Assembly (NCBI GenBank): GCA_913043205.1
Contig: CAJWLF010000012.1
Span: forward strand, 7,101-71,100
Reading direction: 5' to 3'
Source: an uncultured Chloroflexota bacterium
GTDB taxonomy: Bacteria > Chloroflexota > UBA11872 > VXNJ01
DNA: 64,000 bases
Made by a program: the position numbers and the translations under genes. Positions 38,573-48,279 of the stretch are shown in pieces; the stretch's first letter is position 1; each line of letters opens with the position of its first letter. The notes under the pieces were generated by a model. That model made no database searches and had not been told where the DNA came from. It saw only the letters and a program-made list of their open reading frames with translations.

Positions 38573-39319
38573 ATGGGTGAATTGAACGGTAGGGTTGCGA
38601 TTGTTACAGGGTCGGCAACAGGATCTGGGGCGGCTATTGCGAATAATTTGGCCGAAAAAGGCGCTCGCATATGTGTGAATTATTCGCGATCCAAAGAACG
38701 TGCTGAATCAACACTGAGAGATATCCTGGACTTTGGAGTTGAGGCTACAATTTTTCAAGCTGATGTAGGTAATGAGCAATCTGTGATATCGATGATTGAT
38801 CATGTTATGGATCGGTTTGGTCAAATTGATATATTGGTCAACAACGCTGGAATGACCCACTTTATTCCACAAAATGATCTGGGTTCGATGACCGATTTGA
38901 AGTGGGATCAGATTATGCAGGTGAACTTAAAGGGAGCGTTTTACGCAAGTAAGGCGGCGATGCCGCAGCTGGTTAAATCTTCAGTAGGATCTATAGTAAA
39001 CATATCGTCTGTAGCAGGCCTCAATGGCTCTGGAAGCTCAATAGCGTACGCTGCATCTAAAGCGGGTTTGATATCCCTAACTAAATCTTTGGCTCGCGAA
39101 TTTGCACCAGAGGTGAGGGTTAATGCCGTCGCTCCCGGCGTGATTCTCACCAGATGGGTAGAAGGGAAGGATAAGTTTATAGATGACTATGTTGATAAGA
39201 CATTGTTGAAGCGGGCTTGCACAGCGGATGATATAGGGCATGCGGTTGTATACTTGTCTGAGGCAGATACAGTCACGGGCACTGTTATGGTTTTGGATAG
39301 TGGGCTTACGCTCTCTTAG
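38573..39319 (+). CDS. Short-chain dehydrogenase/reductase (FabG-like)
   Basis: TGSATGSGAAIA, NNAG and YAASKAG motifs. Confidence 0.85.
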   Translation: MGELNGRVAIVTGSATGSGAAIANNLAEKGARICVNYSRSKERAESTLRDILDFGVEATIFQADVGNEQSVISMIDHVMDRFGQIDILVNNAGMTHFIPQNDLGSMTDLKWDQIMQVNLKGAFYASKAAMPQLVKSSVGSIVNISSVAGLNGSGSSIAYAASKAGLISLTKSLAREFAPEVRVNAVAPGVILTRWVEGKDKFIDDYVDKTLLKRACTADDIGHAVVYLSEADTVTGTVMVLDSGLTLS

Positions 39320-39774
39320 TCGCGTTGCGGAATGGAGCCCAGAGGAGGTCCCCAATCGTCTTCCAGGCAGGAGCGCATCTGCTGGACTTCGTTGGAGCCT
39401 AATCGGATTTGAAGCTCTTTTTCCAACTCAACTGCAACAGCTGCAGCGTCGTCTCCAAAGCGACGCCCTCGCTGTGTGCACACAACCAACAGAGATCTAT
39501 GGTCGTCAGGATCAGGTGTAACTTTTACCAAGTCACGCTCTCTGAGATCTTTCAACACTTGATTTACTGCTTGACGAGATACGCCGGCTAGTCGGGCTAT
39601 TTCTGCTGGACGGATGCCATCTTCCGTCAAATGAGGAAAAACTAACGAGCTGGCTTTTGGAAGGTTTTTCCACCCGCGTTGTGACATTAGTGAAGTGAAG
39701 CCTGCGTCCATCCATCTGAAGGCGTTGAGGCTGAGTCGTCCAAGGTTTAAGTTGTGCGATTTGTTATAGCTCAC
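39316..39774 (-). CDS. MarR-family transcriptional regulator
   Basis: Winged-helix segment RPAEIARLAGVSRQAVNQVLKDLRERDLV...DPDDHRS. Confidence 0.75.
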   Translation of the reverse strand: MSYNKSHNLNLGRLSLNAFRWMDAGFTSLMSQRGWKNLPKASSLVFPHLTEDGIRPAEIARLAGVSRQAVNQVLKDLRERDLVKVTPDPDDHRSLLVVCTQRGRRFGDDAAAVAVELEKELQIRLGSNEVQQMRSCLEDDWGPPLGSIPQRD

Positions 39775-39909
39775 TGTTGTCCGACTATACCAGTGTTTTG
39801 TATAGCAGGTTGACGAAACATCAAGAATCGAAAAACTGTAATCAGATATTTGTGTGGACTGGTTGGCTTGATAGTGAATCTGTTGTCGTTTGTCGGGAAA
39901 TGTCTGTAT

Positions 39910-41037
39910 TTATACTACTGCAAATCTTGCTAGAGCCTCGCGATTTACATCTATTCCCAATCCTGAACCAACAGGCAATTCAATATAACCGTCAGGTTGC
40001 GGCTTCAATTCTACATCTAATAATTGATTTCGAATCTTGTTTTCTGTGATGTCGCATTCGAGAAGGGGAGGGAGATCGGGAATTAGTCCTAGTGTTTTGG
40101 GGAGTGTTGAGACCTGTAAAAGGGTTGATAGGTTAGTCAAGCTGTCGGCCCAGCAATGGGGCATAAAGCTGCAGCCAGACACTTCTGCTAATGCGGCAAT
40201 ATCCGCCATTGATCGGAACCCGCCGGTACCGGCAAGGTCTGGTTGAATTGCATCGAACACTCTGCTGGAGAGTGCGTGGAAAAATTGGGACTTGGAAGAT
40301 AGCGCTTCTGCGCCGGTTATTGGTATATCGAGCTTGTCTCTCAACTCTCGGTATCCGTCAAAATCGTGTCTTGGTAATGGTTCTTCATACCAAATCACGC
40401 CCATACGTTGCAGCTCCTTACCTAGCACCAATGCTTTTGACAATGTGTCGGCACAATTTGAGTCTACCGCGACACGCAAGTTATCTTTTCCAGCTTCGAT
40501 GGCAGCAGATACGTCCATAAGATCCTCATCCAGTGTGCCCCGGCCGATTTTCATCTTGTAATATTTGTAGCCATCAGTTACAGCTTGCGTGACCTCATCT
40601 TGAAGCATGTTAGTTCTATTATTAGAATTGGCAGGGTAATAGCCGCCTGAGGCGTATACGGGCACCTTCGTACGCAGGGCCCCTAGTAAATGGGCAAGTT
40701 GCAAATCTTTGGCCCTTGTAAGTGCGTCAAGCAATGCGCATTCCAGGGCAGACTCTGCAGCATTTGATCTGCCATTTTGACGGACTGATTGTGCTACCTG
40801 GGACAGCAATGAGCGCCAATTTGATATGTTCGAGCCAGGAAAAACATTTATTGCAGAAAGTAAAATCTCGCTGTCTTGGTGTCCGCTACCTGGCGCAGCC
40901 CCCCATCCACTATGCCCGTCCTCTGTTGTTATTTCTACCACCGTTAATGGTCGATTTGGGTGATAATGGAGAGAATTCCACAATGGGTTATCTAATTGAT
41001 AGTCCAATGGATAAGTGTTGACTGACCGAATGATCAC
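39910..41037 (-). CDS. Enolase-superfamily enzyme (mandelate racemase/muconate lactonizing family)
   Basis: YKMKIG, AVDSNC and WYEEPL metal-ligand/catalytic block order. Confidence 0.8.
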   Translation of the reverse strand: MIIRSVNTYPLDYQLDNPLWNSLHYHPNRPLTVVEITTEDGHSGWGAAPGSGHQDSEILLSAINVFPGSNISNWRSLLSQVAQSVRQNGRSNAAESALECALLDALTRAKDLQLAHLLGALRTKVPVYASGGYYPANSNNRTNMLQDEVTQAVTDGYKYYKMKIGRGTLDEDLMDVSAAIEAGKDNLRVAVDSNCADTLSKALVLGKELQRMGVIWYEEPLPRHDFDGYRELRDKLDIPITGAEALSSKSQFFHALSSRVFDAIQPDLAGTGGFRSMADIAALAEVSGCSFMPHCWADSLTNLSTLLQVSTLPKTLGLIPDLPPLLECDITENKIRNQLLDVELKPQPDGYIELPVGSGLGIDVNREALARFAVV

Positions 41038-41056
41038 CTAAATCTCTCTTCATAAT

Positions 41057-42421
41057 ATGAAAGCTAACGTCAAACAAAGCAGTCATTCTCCACGCAGTTT
41101 TAGCTATTTAAGCAAAGAAGCTTTTGCACTATGTTTTGCGTTTGGGCTTATTTGGTTGACTTTTGTTTCTTGCGATTTAGCAGGTTCATATCAAGCTTCT
41201 CGTAGCGGCAACAATGATGCAGTAATTGCTCCGGGCATTGCAAATTCAATAGATGATGTCGAGACACAGACTGTTATCAATTCCATAATTACCAAAGTGG
41301 AGGAGATTCGTGGTTTGACAACTTCTCTCTCTGAGATCAACACGATTACCGACAATGAGTGGATGTTGTTTTTAGACGATTTATTCTCGAAAGAATATAC
41401 GCTGCAACAGAGTCTTCTGGACCAAGTTGAATGGGAACTACTTGGCCTAATTTCGCCTGGAGAGAACTTGCGGAATCTTCGCTACCAATTACTTTTGGGA
41501 GAAGTTTTGGGTTTCTATGACTCTGATACTGACCAAATGAGTGTGTTGGATAGGGCCGCACCCGATTCAGGGTTGTTCAAGATGGTTGTAGCTCACGAAT
41601 ATGCGCATGCGTTACAGGATGCGCAATTTGGTCTAAAAGAAACGGATGATATTACTGGCAGGGCAAATCTTGATTTACAGCTAGCCTACACTGCTTTTGT
41701 TGAGGGCGATGCTTCAATCACGGGTCTTAAAGCTTTTGAAGCCCTGGCAACTCGTGGGGATCGCAACGATCTCAGACGATCTGTCGGGAAGACTGAATAT
41801 CCGGGCTTGCATACTACTGAGTACTATCTTAAGGAACGATTTGATTTCCCATATAAGTACGGGGTTCCATTCGTAGAGAATTTGTTGGAGCGTGGTGGAT
41901 GGGACCGGGTTAATCTTGCATATAACAATCTCCCAGTTTCTACGGAACAGATTCTTCACCCGCAGAAATATCTGAAATATGAGAATCCACTAACGGTGGA
42001 AATTACTGACTTTTCTCCCTATTTGCCATCTGGTTGGGCAGAATCTCGTCGCAACACAATGGGGGAGTTTTGGCTAGAATTGGTGTTTAACAAAGGGCAT
42101 TTGAAGAAGGGGGTTGGTGGTGAGGGGTGGGGTGGTGATCAATATGTGATCTATAGCGCTGAAGATAATAATCTTTTGGTTTTGAAGACTGTATGGGATA
42201 CCGTTTCGGATCATGAGGAGTTCTTGGAGATATTGGCATCCGAGTTTGCAGTTGAAGTGGGGTCTGTCCAACCGTCACAAGGGGATTTGTCGGGTGTTAG
42301 AAAGCGTGGAGACTGGTCTGACCGAGAAAAGACCGGTGTGATTATTGATGATGGTAGCGCGATTTATCTGGTGATTGGGACTGATGCCGATGCAGTTGTC
42401 GCAATCGCATCAGCTATTTAG
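41057..42421 (+). CDS. Putative lipoprotein with gluzincin-like metalloprotease motif
   Basis: N-terminal hydrophobic signal ending in TFVSC (lipobox-like). HEYAH at VVAHEYAHALQD, followed about 30 aa later by FVEGDAS. Confidence 0.5.
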   Translation: MKANVKQSSHSPRSFSYLSKEAFALCFAFGLIWLTFVSCDLAGSYQASRSGNNDAVIAPGIANSIDDVETQTVINSIITKVEEIRGLTTSLSEINTITDNEWMLFLDDLFSKEYTLQQSLLDQVEWELLGLISPGENLRNLRYQLLLGEVLGFYDSDTDQMSVLDRAAPDSGLFKMVVAHEYAHALQDAQFGLKETDDITGRANLDLQLAYTAFVEGDASITGLKAFEALATRGDRNDLRRSVGKTEYPGLHTTEYYLKERFDFPYKYGVPFVENLLERGGWDRVNLAYNNLPVSTEQILHPQKYLKYENPLTVEITDFSPYLPSGWAESRRNTMGEFWLELVFNKGHLKKGVGGEGWGGDQYVIYSAEDNNLLVLKTVWDTVSDHEEFLEILASEFAVEVGSVQPSQGDLSGVRKRGDWSDREKTGVIIDDGSAIYLVIGTDADAVVAIASAI

Positions 42422-42422
42422 T

Positions 42423-43109
42423 TCAATTTGCAGATTGTAGAAATTCTTGCCAATAGCGCAATACGGACTTTCTTAAATCAGATTCTGTCAGATTGTTTTC
42501 GATGAACCGATATCGAACAGTTGGGTTATTACTGTCGAGGTATTGTGCAATGCCTGTAGCATCTAATTGCGCAGCTAATCGTCTTTGGATTTCAGAGATC
42601 TTGTATCCCCGGGATGCTTTTAACCGGGATATAATGGCGGCGCTGTCCGCAGTAACGATCCATACTTCAAGCACAAGGTTTATGTTTTTGCTCTGTACTA
42701 GCTTAATCGCCTCCAGAACTGCTGCGGGTTCATCCCCTGGAATGGCGAGCAGTCGGCGCACCTCTTCGGTGACGGCTGGATGTACTATGGATTCTAACTT
42801 TTGCATGCTTGATGGATCATTGAACACGATCTCAGACAATATTCGGCGATCAATTCCACAAGGACCGGCTACCGAGTTTCCAAAAGCTTCCATAACCGAT
42901 TTGTGCAAATCGGTTCCGTTTAGGTATAGGGTGTGGACGACTTCGTCAGAGTCTATCGTTCTGGCCCCGAGATCTTTGAGGATATTTACCACAGACGATT
43001 TACCGGCCCCTATCGTCCCTGTAATTCCCAGTACTGGTCGGCTAGAGTGTTGAACTCTACTCATTATAATCTGCATCCTTTGGAGATTTACCAACAGACT
43101 GTGCCACAT
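42423..43109 (-). CDS. coaE: Dephospho-CoA kinase
   Basis: LGITGTIGAGKSSV P-loop. The true start is probably one of the downstream in-frame Met codons (MQIIMSRV...). Confidence 0.85.
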   Translation of the reverse strand: MWHSLLVNLQRMQIIMSRVQHSSRPVLGITGTIGAGKSSVVNILKDLGARTIDSDEVVHTLYLNGTDLHKSVMEAFGNSVAGPCGIDRRILSEIVFNDPSSMQKLESIVHPAVTEEVRRLLAIPGDEPAAVLEAIKLVQSKNINLVLEVWIVTADSAAIISRLKASRGYKISEIQRRLAAQLDATGIAQYLDSNNPTVRYRFIENNLTESDLRKSVLRYWQEFLQSAN

Positions 43110-43151
43110 TCGAATGTGTAAATGCTAGCTAGTTGTAGGATATAAATAAGC

Positions 43152-44273
43152 ATGGGTAATGAAAGTTGTATGCGGTCTGCTATCGATGAAGCTACTGTCG
43201 CATTGGGGCAAGTTGCGCCATTGCCAGCCGTTGGAGCAGTTGTAGTTCGTGATCAACAAATTGTTGGTCGAGGTCATACCGACAGAGAATTGTGTTCCCA
43301 TGCTGAGCCCTTGGCGTTGTCTAGGGCAGGCAAGGCTGCCAAGGGTGCGGAATTATTTGTGACACTAGAGCCCTGTGCACATCAGGGCTCTACTCCGCCT
43401 TGTACAAAAGCCATAATTGATGCGGGTATTTCGGCTGTGCATATAGCTATGTTGGACCCTAATCCTATTAGCCTTTCAGGCGTACAAGAACTCCAAGATG
43501 CTGGGATTGATGTTCATGTAGGTGTTGAGAATCAGACAGCACGCCAGTTTATGCAGGGATATTTGAAATGGCTGCAAACTAAGAGGCCACTAGTGTCTGC
43601 AAAGTGGGCTATGTCCCAAGATGGGAGGCTTGTAACTCCGCATGGTCAGCCACGGTACATCAGTGGGTCTGAAGCTTTGATGGAAGTTCATCGTATGCGT
43701 GCTTATTCAGATGCAATATTGGTAGGCATTAACACTGTACTAAAGGATGATCCGAGCTTGACTTGTAGACTAGATGGATATTCAGGTGAGCATCCTTTAC
43801 GTGTCATTTTAGATAGATCGGCACGGACACCTATTGAATCTAGAATGCTGTCAGCTGAAACACCAGGTAGCACCCTAATTGTAGTTTCACCAGACGCTTC
43901 GCAAGATAAAGTGAAGCGTCTAACAAAGACAGGTGTGGAAGTGATCACATTACCCTTTGAACCTGCCGAGCAAATCAACGCACTATTAGGTGAACTTGGC
44001 GATAGAGGGGTGCATAATTTACTGGTGGAAGGAGGCACAAAGGTATTGCAATCGTTTTTTACTCACAGTGTTGTCGATCGTCTCGACTGCTTTGTTTCTT
44101 CGAAACGCTTTGGGACTACTGTGGATACAGGTTCGTCTTTTGGAGATGACATAGGTGTTCTGAGAAGGGTGCTGAAATCGGCGGATATAACGGTAAAATC
44201 CCACGGTGAGGATGTTCAAGTTAGTGCAGTGCTTCATGAATATCATGAGAATCAAGATCCCAATGGACGGTAA
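43152..44273 (+). CDS. ribD: Bifunctional riboflavin biosynthesis deaminase/reductase RibD
   Basis: CSHAEPLAL and TLEPCAHQGSTPPC (CDA zinc motifs) plus a C-terminal reductase domain. Confidence 0.9.
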   Translation: MGNESCMRSAIDEATVALGQVAPLPAVGAVVVRDQQIVGRGHTDRELCSHAEPLALSRAGKAAKGAELFVTLEPCAHQGSTPPCTKAIIDAGISAVHIAMLDPNPISLSGVQELQDAGIDVHVGVENQTARQFMQGYLKWLQTKRPLVSAKWAMSQDGRLVTPHGQPRYISGSEALMEVHRMRAYSDAILVGINTVLKDDPSLTCRLDGYSGEHPLRVILDRSARTPIESRMLSAETPGSTLIVVSPDASQDKVKRLTKTGVEVITLPFEPAEQINALLGELGDRGVHNLLVEGGTKVLQSFFTHSVVDRLDCFVSSKRFGTTVDTGSSFGDDIGVLRRVLKSADITVKSHGEDVQVSAVLHEYHENQDPNGR

Positions 44274-44305
44274 TTGGGGCCCGACAAGCGAGATTTGCTA
44301 GCGTC

Positions 44306-44917
44306 ATGTTTACAGGGATCGTTGAAGAAATTGGAGTAACGTTATCTGTCGATAGTTCTCCGGATGGCGCTACATTTCACATAAGTAGTAGCAAGACTAT
44401 AGAGGGGTTGCAGATTGGTGATAGCGTCTGTGTGAACGGTGTATGTGTAACAGTAATTGCAATTGACAGTAAAGGGTTTTGGTTCGATGCTATTCCGGAA
44501 ACTTTGCAACGTTCAAATCTTGGTAATTTGGAGGTCGGTCAGAAAGTTAACTTAGAATCGCCACTAGGTGTAGATGGGCGGTTCAGCGGACATTTTGTTC
44601 AGGGACATGTAGACGGTTTGGCCAAGTTAGTAGACCGATCTGTTGATGGTGAATCTCTGCGTATTAGGTTGAAAATTGGTGATGATCTAATTCGTTATAT
44701 TGTCAGCAAGGGTTATGTGGCGCTTGATGGAGCAAGCTTGACCGTAGTCGAGGCGGCTGGGGATTGTTTTGAGGTGGCTCTTGTTCCTCACACTATCGAT
44801 AGCATTGTGATGGCGTCTATGGATTGCGGTTATCTATGCAACGTTGAGGTGGATATTGTTGCTAAATATGTCGAGAGCTTTATGGTTTCACGGAACGAAG
44901 GATCAGGGCAAATATAA
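44306..44917 (+). CDS. ribE: Riboflavin synthase
   Basis: MFTGIVEEIG and the internal duplication (GDSVCVNGVCVTV / ALDGASLTV). Confidence 0.9.
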   Translation: MFTGIVEEIGVTLSVDSSPDGATFHISSSKTIEGLQIGDSVCVNGVCVTVIAIDSKGFWFDAIPETLQRSNLGNLEVGQKVNLESPLGVDGRFSGHFVQGHVDGLAKLVDRSVDGESLRIRLKIGDDLIRYIVSKGYVALDGASLTVVEAAGDCFEVALVPHTIDSIVMASMDCGYLCNVEVDIVAKYVESFMVSRNEGSGQI

Positions 44918-46116
44918 TGCTTGATCGAGATGATCGTTTCTCTAGCATCGAAACTGCTATCAAGCAGTTTGAAGATGGTGTCTTAATAATTTCTGAAACG
45001 CAGCAAGGGTTGCAGACTAGTTTTGTCGTGCCGGCTGAGTCAGTGACGGCACGTACCACCCGGTGGATGATGCAGTTAGGCGATCAGGTATTTGTGGCGA
45101 TGAGTAGCAGTAGGATGGCTGAATTAGGCATAGAGATTGAGGGTCCTGGGCATATTGACTTGGGAGCGTCTGGGCCTGTATATGCTGAAAGTGTGGATCT
45201 TAGGCAAGACAATCCGACAAGCATGCACGGTAGAGCGGAGACTATACGGTCATTGGCAAGCCTTAGCGTGACTGCTCAGGATTTTCGAAAGCCGGGTATG
45301 GTAAGGCCCTTAAGGGCTATAGACGGGGGAGTTCTGCGGCGGACTGGATTCACGGAAGCTAGTGTGGATTTAGCTCGACTTTCAGGTAGGGCACCTGTGG
45401 CAGTGTTAGTTCGAATATTAGACGATGACGGCGATGACATTACTTTAGACAAGGCTTTTGCGTTTGCTGACTCTGAGAACCTGGCTGTCATTCGAGTAGC
45501 TCACTTAGTTGCCCACCGGAGACGGAGAGAAAAGCTTGTAGAGCGAATGATTGAGACAAATATTCCAACACCATTTGGCTTGTTTCGAGCCATCGCGTTC
45601 AACGATACGACGACCGGTGATGATCATGTCGCTATGGTGTTTGGGTCGCTGACTGGGCCTGCTCCTTTGGTGCGTGTACATGATGAATGTCTTACAGGAG
45701 ATGTGTTTGGATCTCAGCGGTGTGATTGTGGTCCACAGTTACAATCCGCTCTACGAATGGTTGCTGAAGAAGGACGAGGTGTTGTCTTGTATATGAGGCA
45801 GGAAGGTAGAGGTATAGGATTAGTGAACAAATTGAGAGCATATCAGTTACAAGATCAAGGGATGGACACAGTAGAGGCAAATGAAGCGTTAGGTTTTCTC
45901 CCTGATGAGCGTGATTATGGGATTGGTGCACAAATTCTTACAGAACTTGGCCTTTCGAAAATTCGCCTTTTGACCAACAACCCGAAGAAACGCATGGAAA
46001 TTTCGGGTTACGGTCTTGAAATAGTTTCTAGAGTGCCGTTGGTGATCCCTCCTGGGGAACACAATGCAGAATATCTGGCAACCAAGGCGGAGAAGATGGG
46101 GCATGTATTTGAATGA
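44917..46116 (+). CDS. ribBA: Bifunctional 3,4-dihydroxy-2-butanone-4-phosphate synthase / GTP cyclohydrolase II
   Basis: GTP cyclohydrolase II block VRVHDECLTGDVFGSQRCDCG...YMRQEGRGIGL, preceded by a DHBP synthase-like half. Confidence 0.9.
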   Translation: MLDRDDRFSSIETAIKQFEDGVLIISETQQGLQTSFVVPAESVTARTTRWMMQLGDQVFVAMSSSRMAELGIEIEGPGHIDLGASGPVYAESVDLRQDNPTSMHGRAETIRSLASLSVTAQDFRKPGMVRPLRAIDGGVLRRTGFTEASVDLARLSGRAPVAVLVRILDDDGDDITLDKAFAFADSENLAVIRVAHLVAHRRRREKLVERMIETNIPTPFGLFRAIAFNDTTTGDDHVAMVFGSLTGPAPLVRVHDECLTGDVFGSQRCDCGPQLQSALRMVAEEGRGVVLYMRQEGRGIGLVNKLRAYQLQDQGMDTVEANEALGFLPDERDYGIGAQILTELGLSKIRLLTNNPKKRMEISGYGLEIVSRVPLVIPPGEHNAEYLATKAEKMGHVFE

Positions 46117-46559
46117 AAACATCTAAAGATTCCCTGCGTGTGGCTATGGTTGTGTCGCGATATAATTGTGAGTATACGGATCGTCTGCTTGATGGTGCTT
46201 ACAGAGCGCTGCGGGATGAGGGTCTAAACACTGATCTGGTCAACGTGATTAGGGTGCCAGGTGCATTTGAAATTCCAGTGGCGGCTGCGAAATTAGCCAA
46301 TAGTGGTGGGTATGATACTGTGATTTGCCTCGGGGCGGTTATCCGAAGTGATACCCCTCATTTTGATTACGTTGCAGGAGAAGCTGCCCGGGGCATAATG
46401 CAAGCTGGTTTGGATAGTGGGGTGCCCATCATTTTTGGGGTTATGACTTTGAATACAATCGAGCAGGCGGAAGTTCGGACTCGAAACGACCGCTCAAATA
46501 GAGGGTATGAGGCGGCTAAAGCAGGTATTGAAATGGCGTGCACCATCAACGACATCTAG
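46113..46559 (+). CDS. ribH: 6,7-dimethyl-8-ribityllumazine synthase
   Basis: RVPGAFEIPVAA...VICLGAVIRSDTPHFDYV. Confidence 0.95.
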   Translation: MKTSKDSLRVAMVVSRYNCEYTDRLLDGAYRALRDEGLNTDLVNVIRVPGAFEIPVAAAKLANSGGYDTVICLGAVIRSDTPHFDYVAGEAARGIMQAGLDSGVPIIFGVMTLNTIEQAEVRTRNDRSNRGYEAAKAGIEMACTINDI

Positions 46560-47284
46560 TCCAGCATGTGTTCCGCTAGAATTACGGCTTCAAGCAAATC
46601 TCTGGCGATAGTTGTACCGGCAGCCTCGGGTTTATCTGTGCGGGATACTAGTACATGTTTGATACCGGCTGAAGATGCTCCCAAGATGTCTTCCTCATAA
46701 GTATCACCAATCATTACACAATGATGTGATTTGCATTTTAGTTGGTTGACTGCGTGGGTAAATATATCTACAGAAGGTTTCTCTATTCCCAGTTCTGCTG
46801 AAAATATAATCTCTTCGAAATAGTCTGCTATTCCGAGGTCTTGCATAATGATTGGTAACAAATAACTGAAATTGCTGACAACCGCTAATCGAAGGCCTTT
46901 GTCCAGTGCGTAAGCGATTGATGCTTGCACTTCGGGGTACAGGCGTACTTCGAACGCGGACACTAGAGATTCGACGACTTGGCCAATCTCTAAATTGAAA
47001 TTTTCTGATTTGCGTAGCTCTCGTACTATGATGGCGGCGCATTCGAACCGCAGTAATTTTAAGGCTTCCCGAGTTTTGACCGAACGTTGTTTGGCTCGAT
47101 AATGATGCATTTCAAGCTTCAGTGCATGTGCCAGCAACACCATGTCTGGTTTGTGGCCTCGAGCGGCTAGTTCTATTGCGAGTGCTTCAACTGGTGGATT
47201 ACCATCTTCAGTGCTGAAAAGCGTCCCATATGCGTCTATCAAAAGGACTTTTTTATGCCGTGTGATTATGGGCTCGATATGCAT
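46556..47284 (-). CDS. HAD-superfamily hydrolase with haloacid-dehalogenase-type motif I
   Basis: Motif I LLIDAYGTLF (D-x-Y-G-T), VVSNFS and IGDTYEEDI. Confidence 0.65.
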   Translation of the reverse strand: MHIEPIITRHKKVLLIDAYGTLFSTEDGNPPVEALAIELAARGHKPDMVLLAHALKLEMHHYRAKQRSVKTREALKLLRFECAAIIVRELRKSENFNLEIGQVVESLVSAFEVRLYPEVQASIAYALDKGLRLAVVSNFSYLLPIIMQDLGIADYFEEIIFSAELGIEKPSVDIFTHAVNQLKCKSHHCVMIGDTYEEDILGASSAGIKHVLVSRTDKPEAAGTTIARDLLEAVILAEHMLD

Positions 47285-47412
47285 GATCCTAGATTGGCTC
47301 GCTATTTGTTAATGATACGCAAAGCTTGGTTAGTATTATCCTGCCTATTGTTGATTTTATACCGCACAATATGATTGTGATAATGGGTGAGTAGAGAGGT
47401 GGAATATTTGTA

Positions 47413-48204
47413 ATGCTGATTGATGTTGATAGTTTGGATTTGCTATTAGAACGTAACGTTTCTGGTATTGTCGTGTTAGATGCGAGGCCAGCAGAAGACT
47501 TTTTGGCAGGCCGTGTACTTGGAGCCCGAAATGTCGATGTTTCATCTCAGCGGCCCATTATACGATCCGAACGAGATCTCACTGGTTTTAATGAGATCTT
47601 GCTAGAAATTTTTAGAACAGCTGGTGTCGATCGTAACAGCAAGGTGATTGTGTATGACGATGGGAGTGGCACTGCTGCTGCTAGAGGGGCTTGGATGTTG
47701 CATTATTTGGGCCATTTGGATGTGCAAGTGTTAGATGGTGGATTTGCCGAGTGGGGAAAGTGTAACAAAGTCGTAGAGGATGGACCTGACCGCAACATCT
47801 ATGCTATGGGTAACATTAACATTTTGAGTTCTCGAGATTGCATGGCTAATGCTGATGACATCGTTGCGGGCGAGCATATTGTGTTGGACGTTCGTTCGAA
47901 TGAAGAATTTAATGGGGTGAATATGCGGGGCAATCCCCGAGGTGGACACATCCCGGGTGCGATTAGGATGGGGCACGAGGTTCTGGTCGATGATGCTGGT
48001 AAGTATCGGTCCCCAGATGATATTAAGTCGACTCTGATTGAACATGGCATAGGTCATTCTTCGTCCGTCGTAGTTTATTGTCAAAGTGGGGCTAGATCTT
48101 CGCACACCTATATCGGATTGCACATTGCAGGTGTGCGACGAATTCGGAACTATATAGGATCTTGGTATGAATGGTCTCGACGTGATGATCTCCCTCTCGG
48201 ATGA
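47413..48204 (+). CDS. Tandem-rhodanese thiosulfate/3-mercaptopyruvate sulfurtransferase (SseA-like)
   Basis: Two rhodanese halves; active-site loop YCQSGARSS in the second. Confidence 0.8.
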   Translation: MLIDVDSLDLLLERNVSGIVVLDARPAEDFLAGRVLGARNVDVSSQRPIIRSERDLTGFNEILLEIFRTAGVDRNSKVIVYDDGSGTAAARGAWMLHYLGHLDVQVLDGGFAEWGKCNKVVEDGPDRNIYAMGNINILSSRDCMANADDIVAGEHIVLDVRSNEEFNGVNMRGNPRGGHIPGAIRMGHEVLVDDAGKYRSPDDIKSTLIEHGIGHSSSVVVYCQSGARSSHTYIGLHIAGVRRIRNYIGSWYEWSRRDDLPLG

Positions 48205-48279
48205 TCAGGCTCAATGGAGATACGAGCCTAGGATTTTGCGGGCGATTGGTTGGTGGAAATTGATCCAGGATGTGCCTAG

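Noticed and set aside
42493-43053. Long antisense ORFs opposite real genes. Examples: 186 aa opposite coaE, 158 aa at 19113-19589 opposite mrp, 132 aa at 6144-6542 opposite glcE, 129 aa at 23491-23880 opposite leuB, and 130 aa at 47731-48123 opposite the rhodanese gene.
   Set aside because: Each is fully embedded opposite a gene with strong family motifs. The translations are Ser/Arg/Pro-rich with no motifs, so they are treated as shadow ORFs.
43110-43151. Looked for an FMN riboswitch in front of ribD
   Set aside because: Only 42 nt separate the divergent coaE start from the ribD start. That is far too short for an FMN aptamer plus expression platform, and I saw none of its conserved core there.
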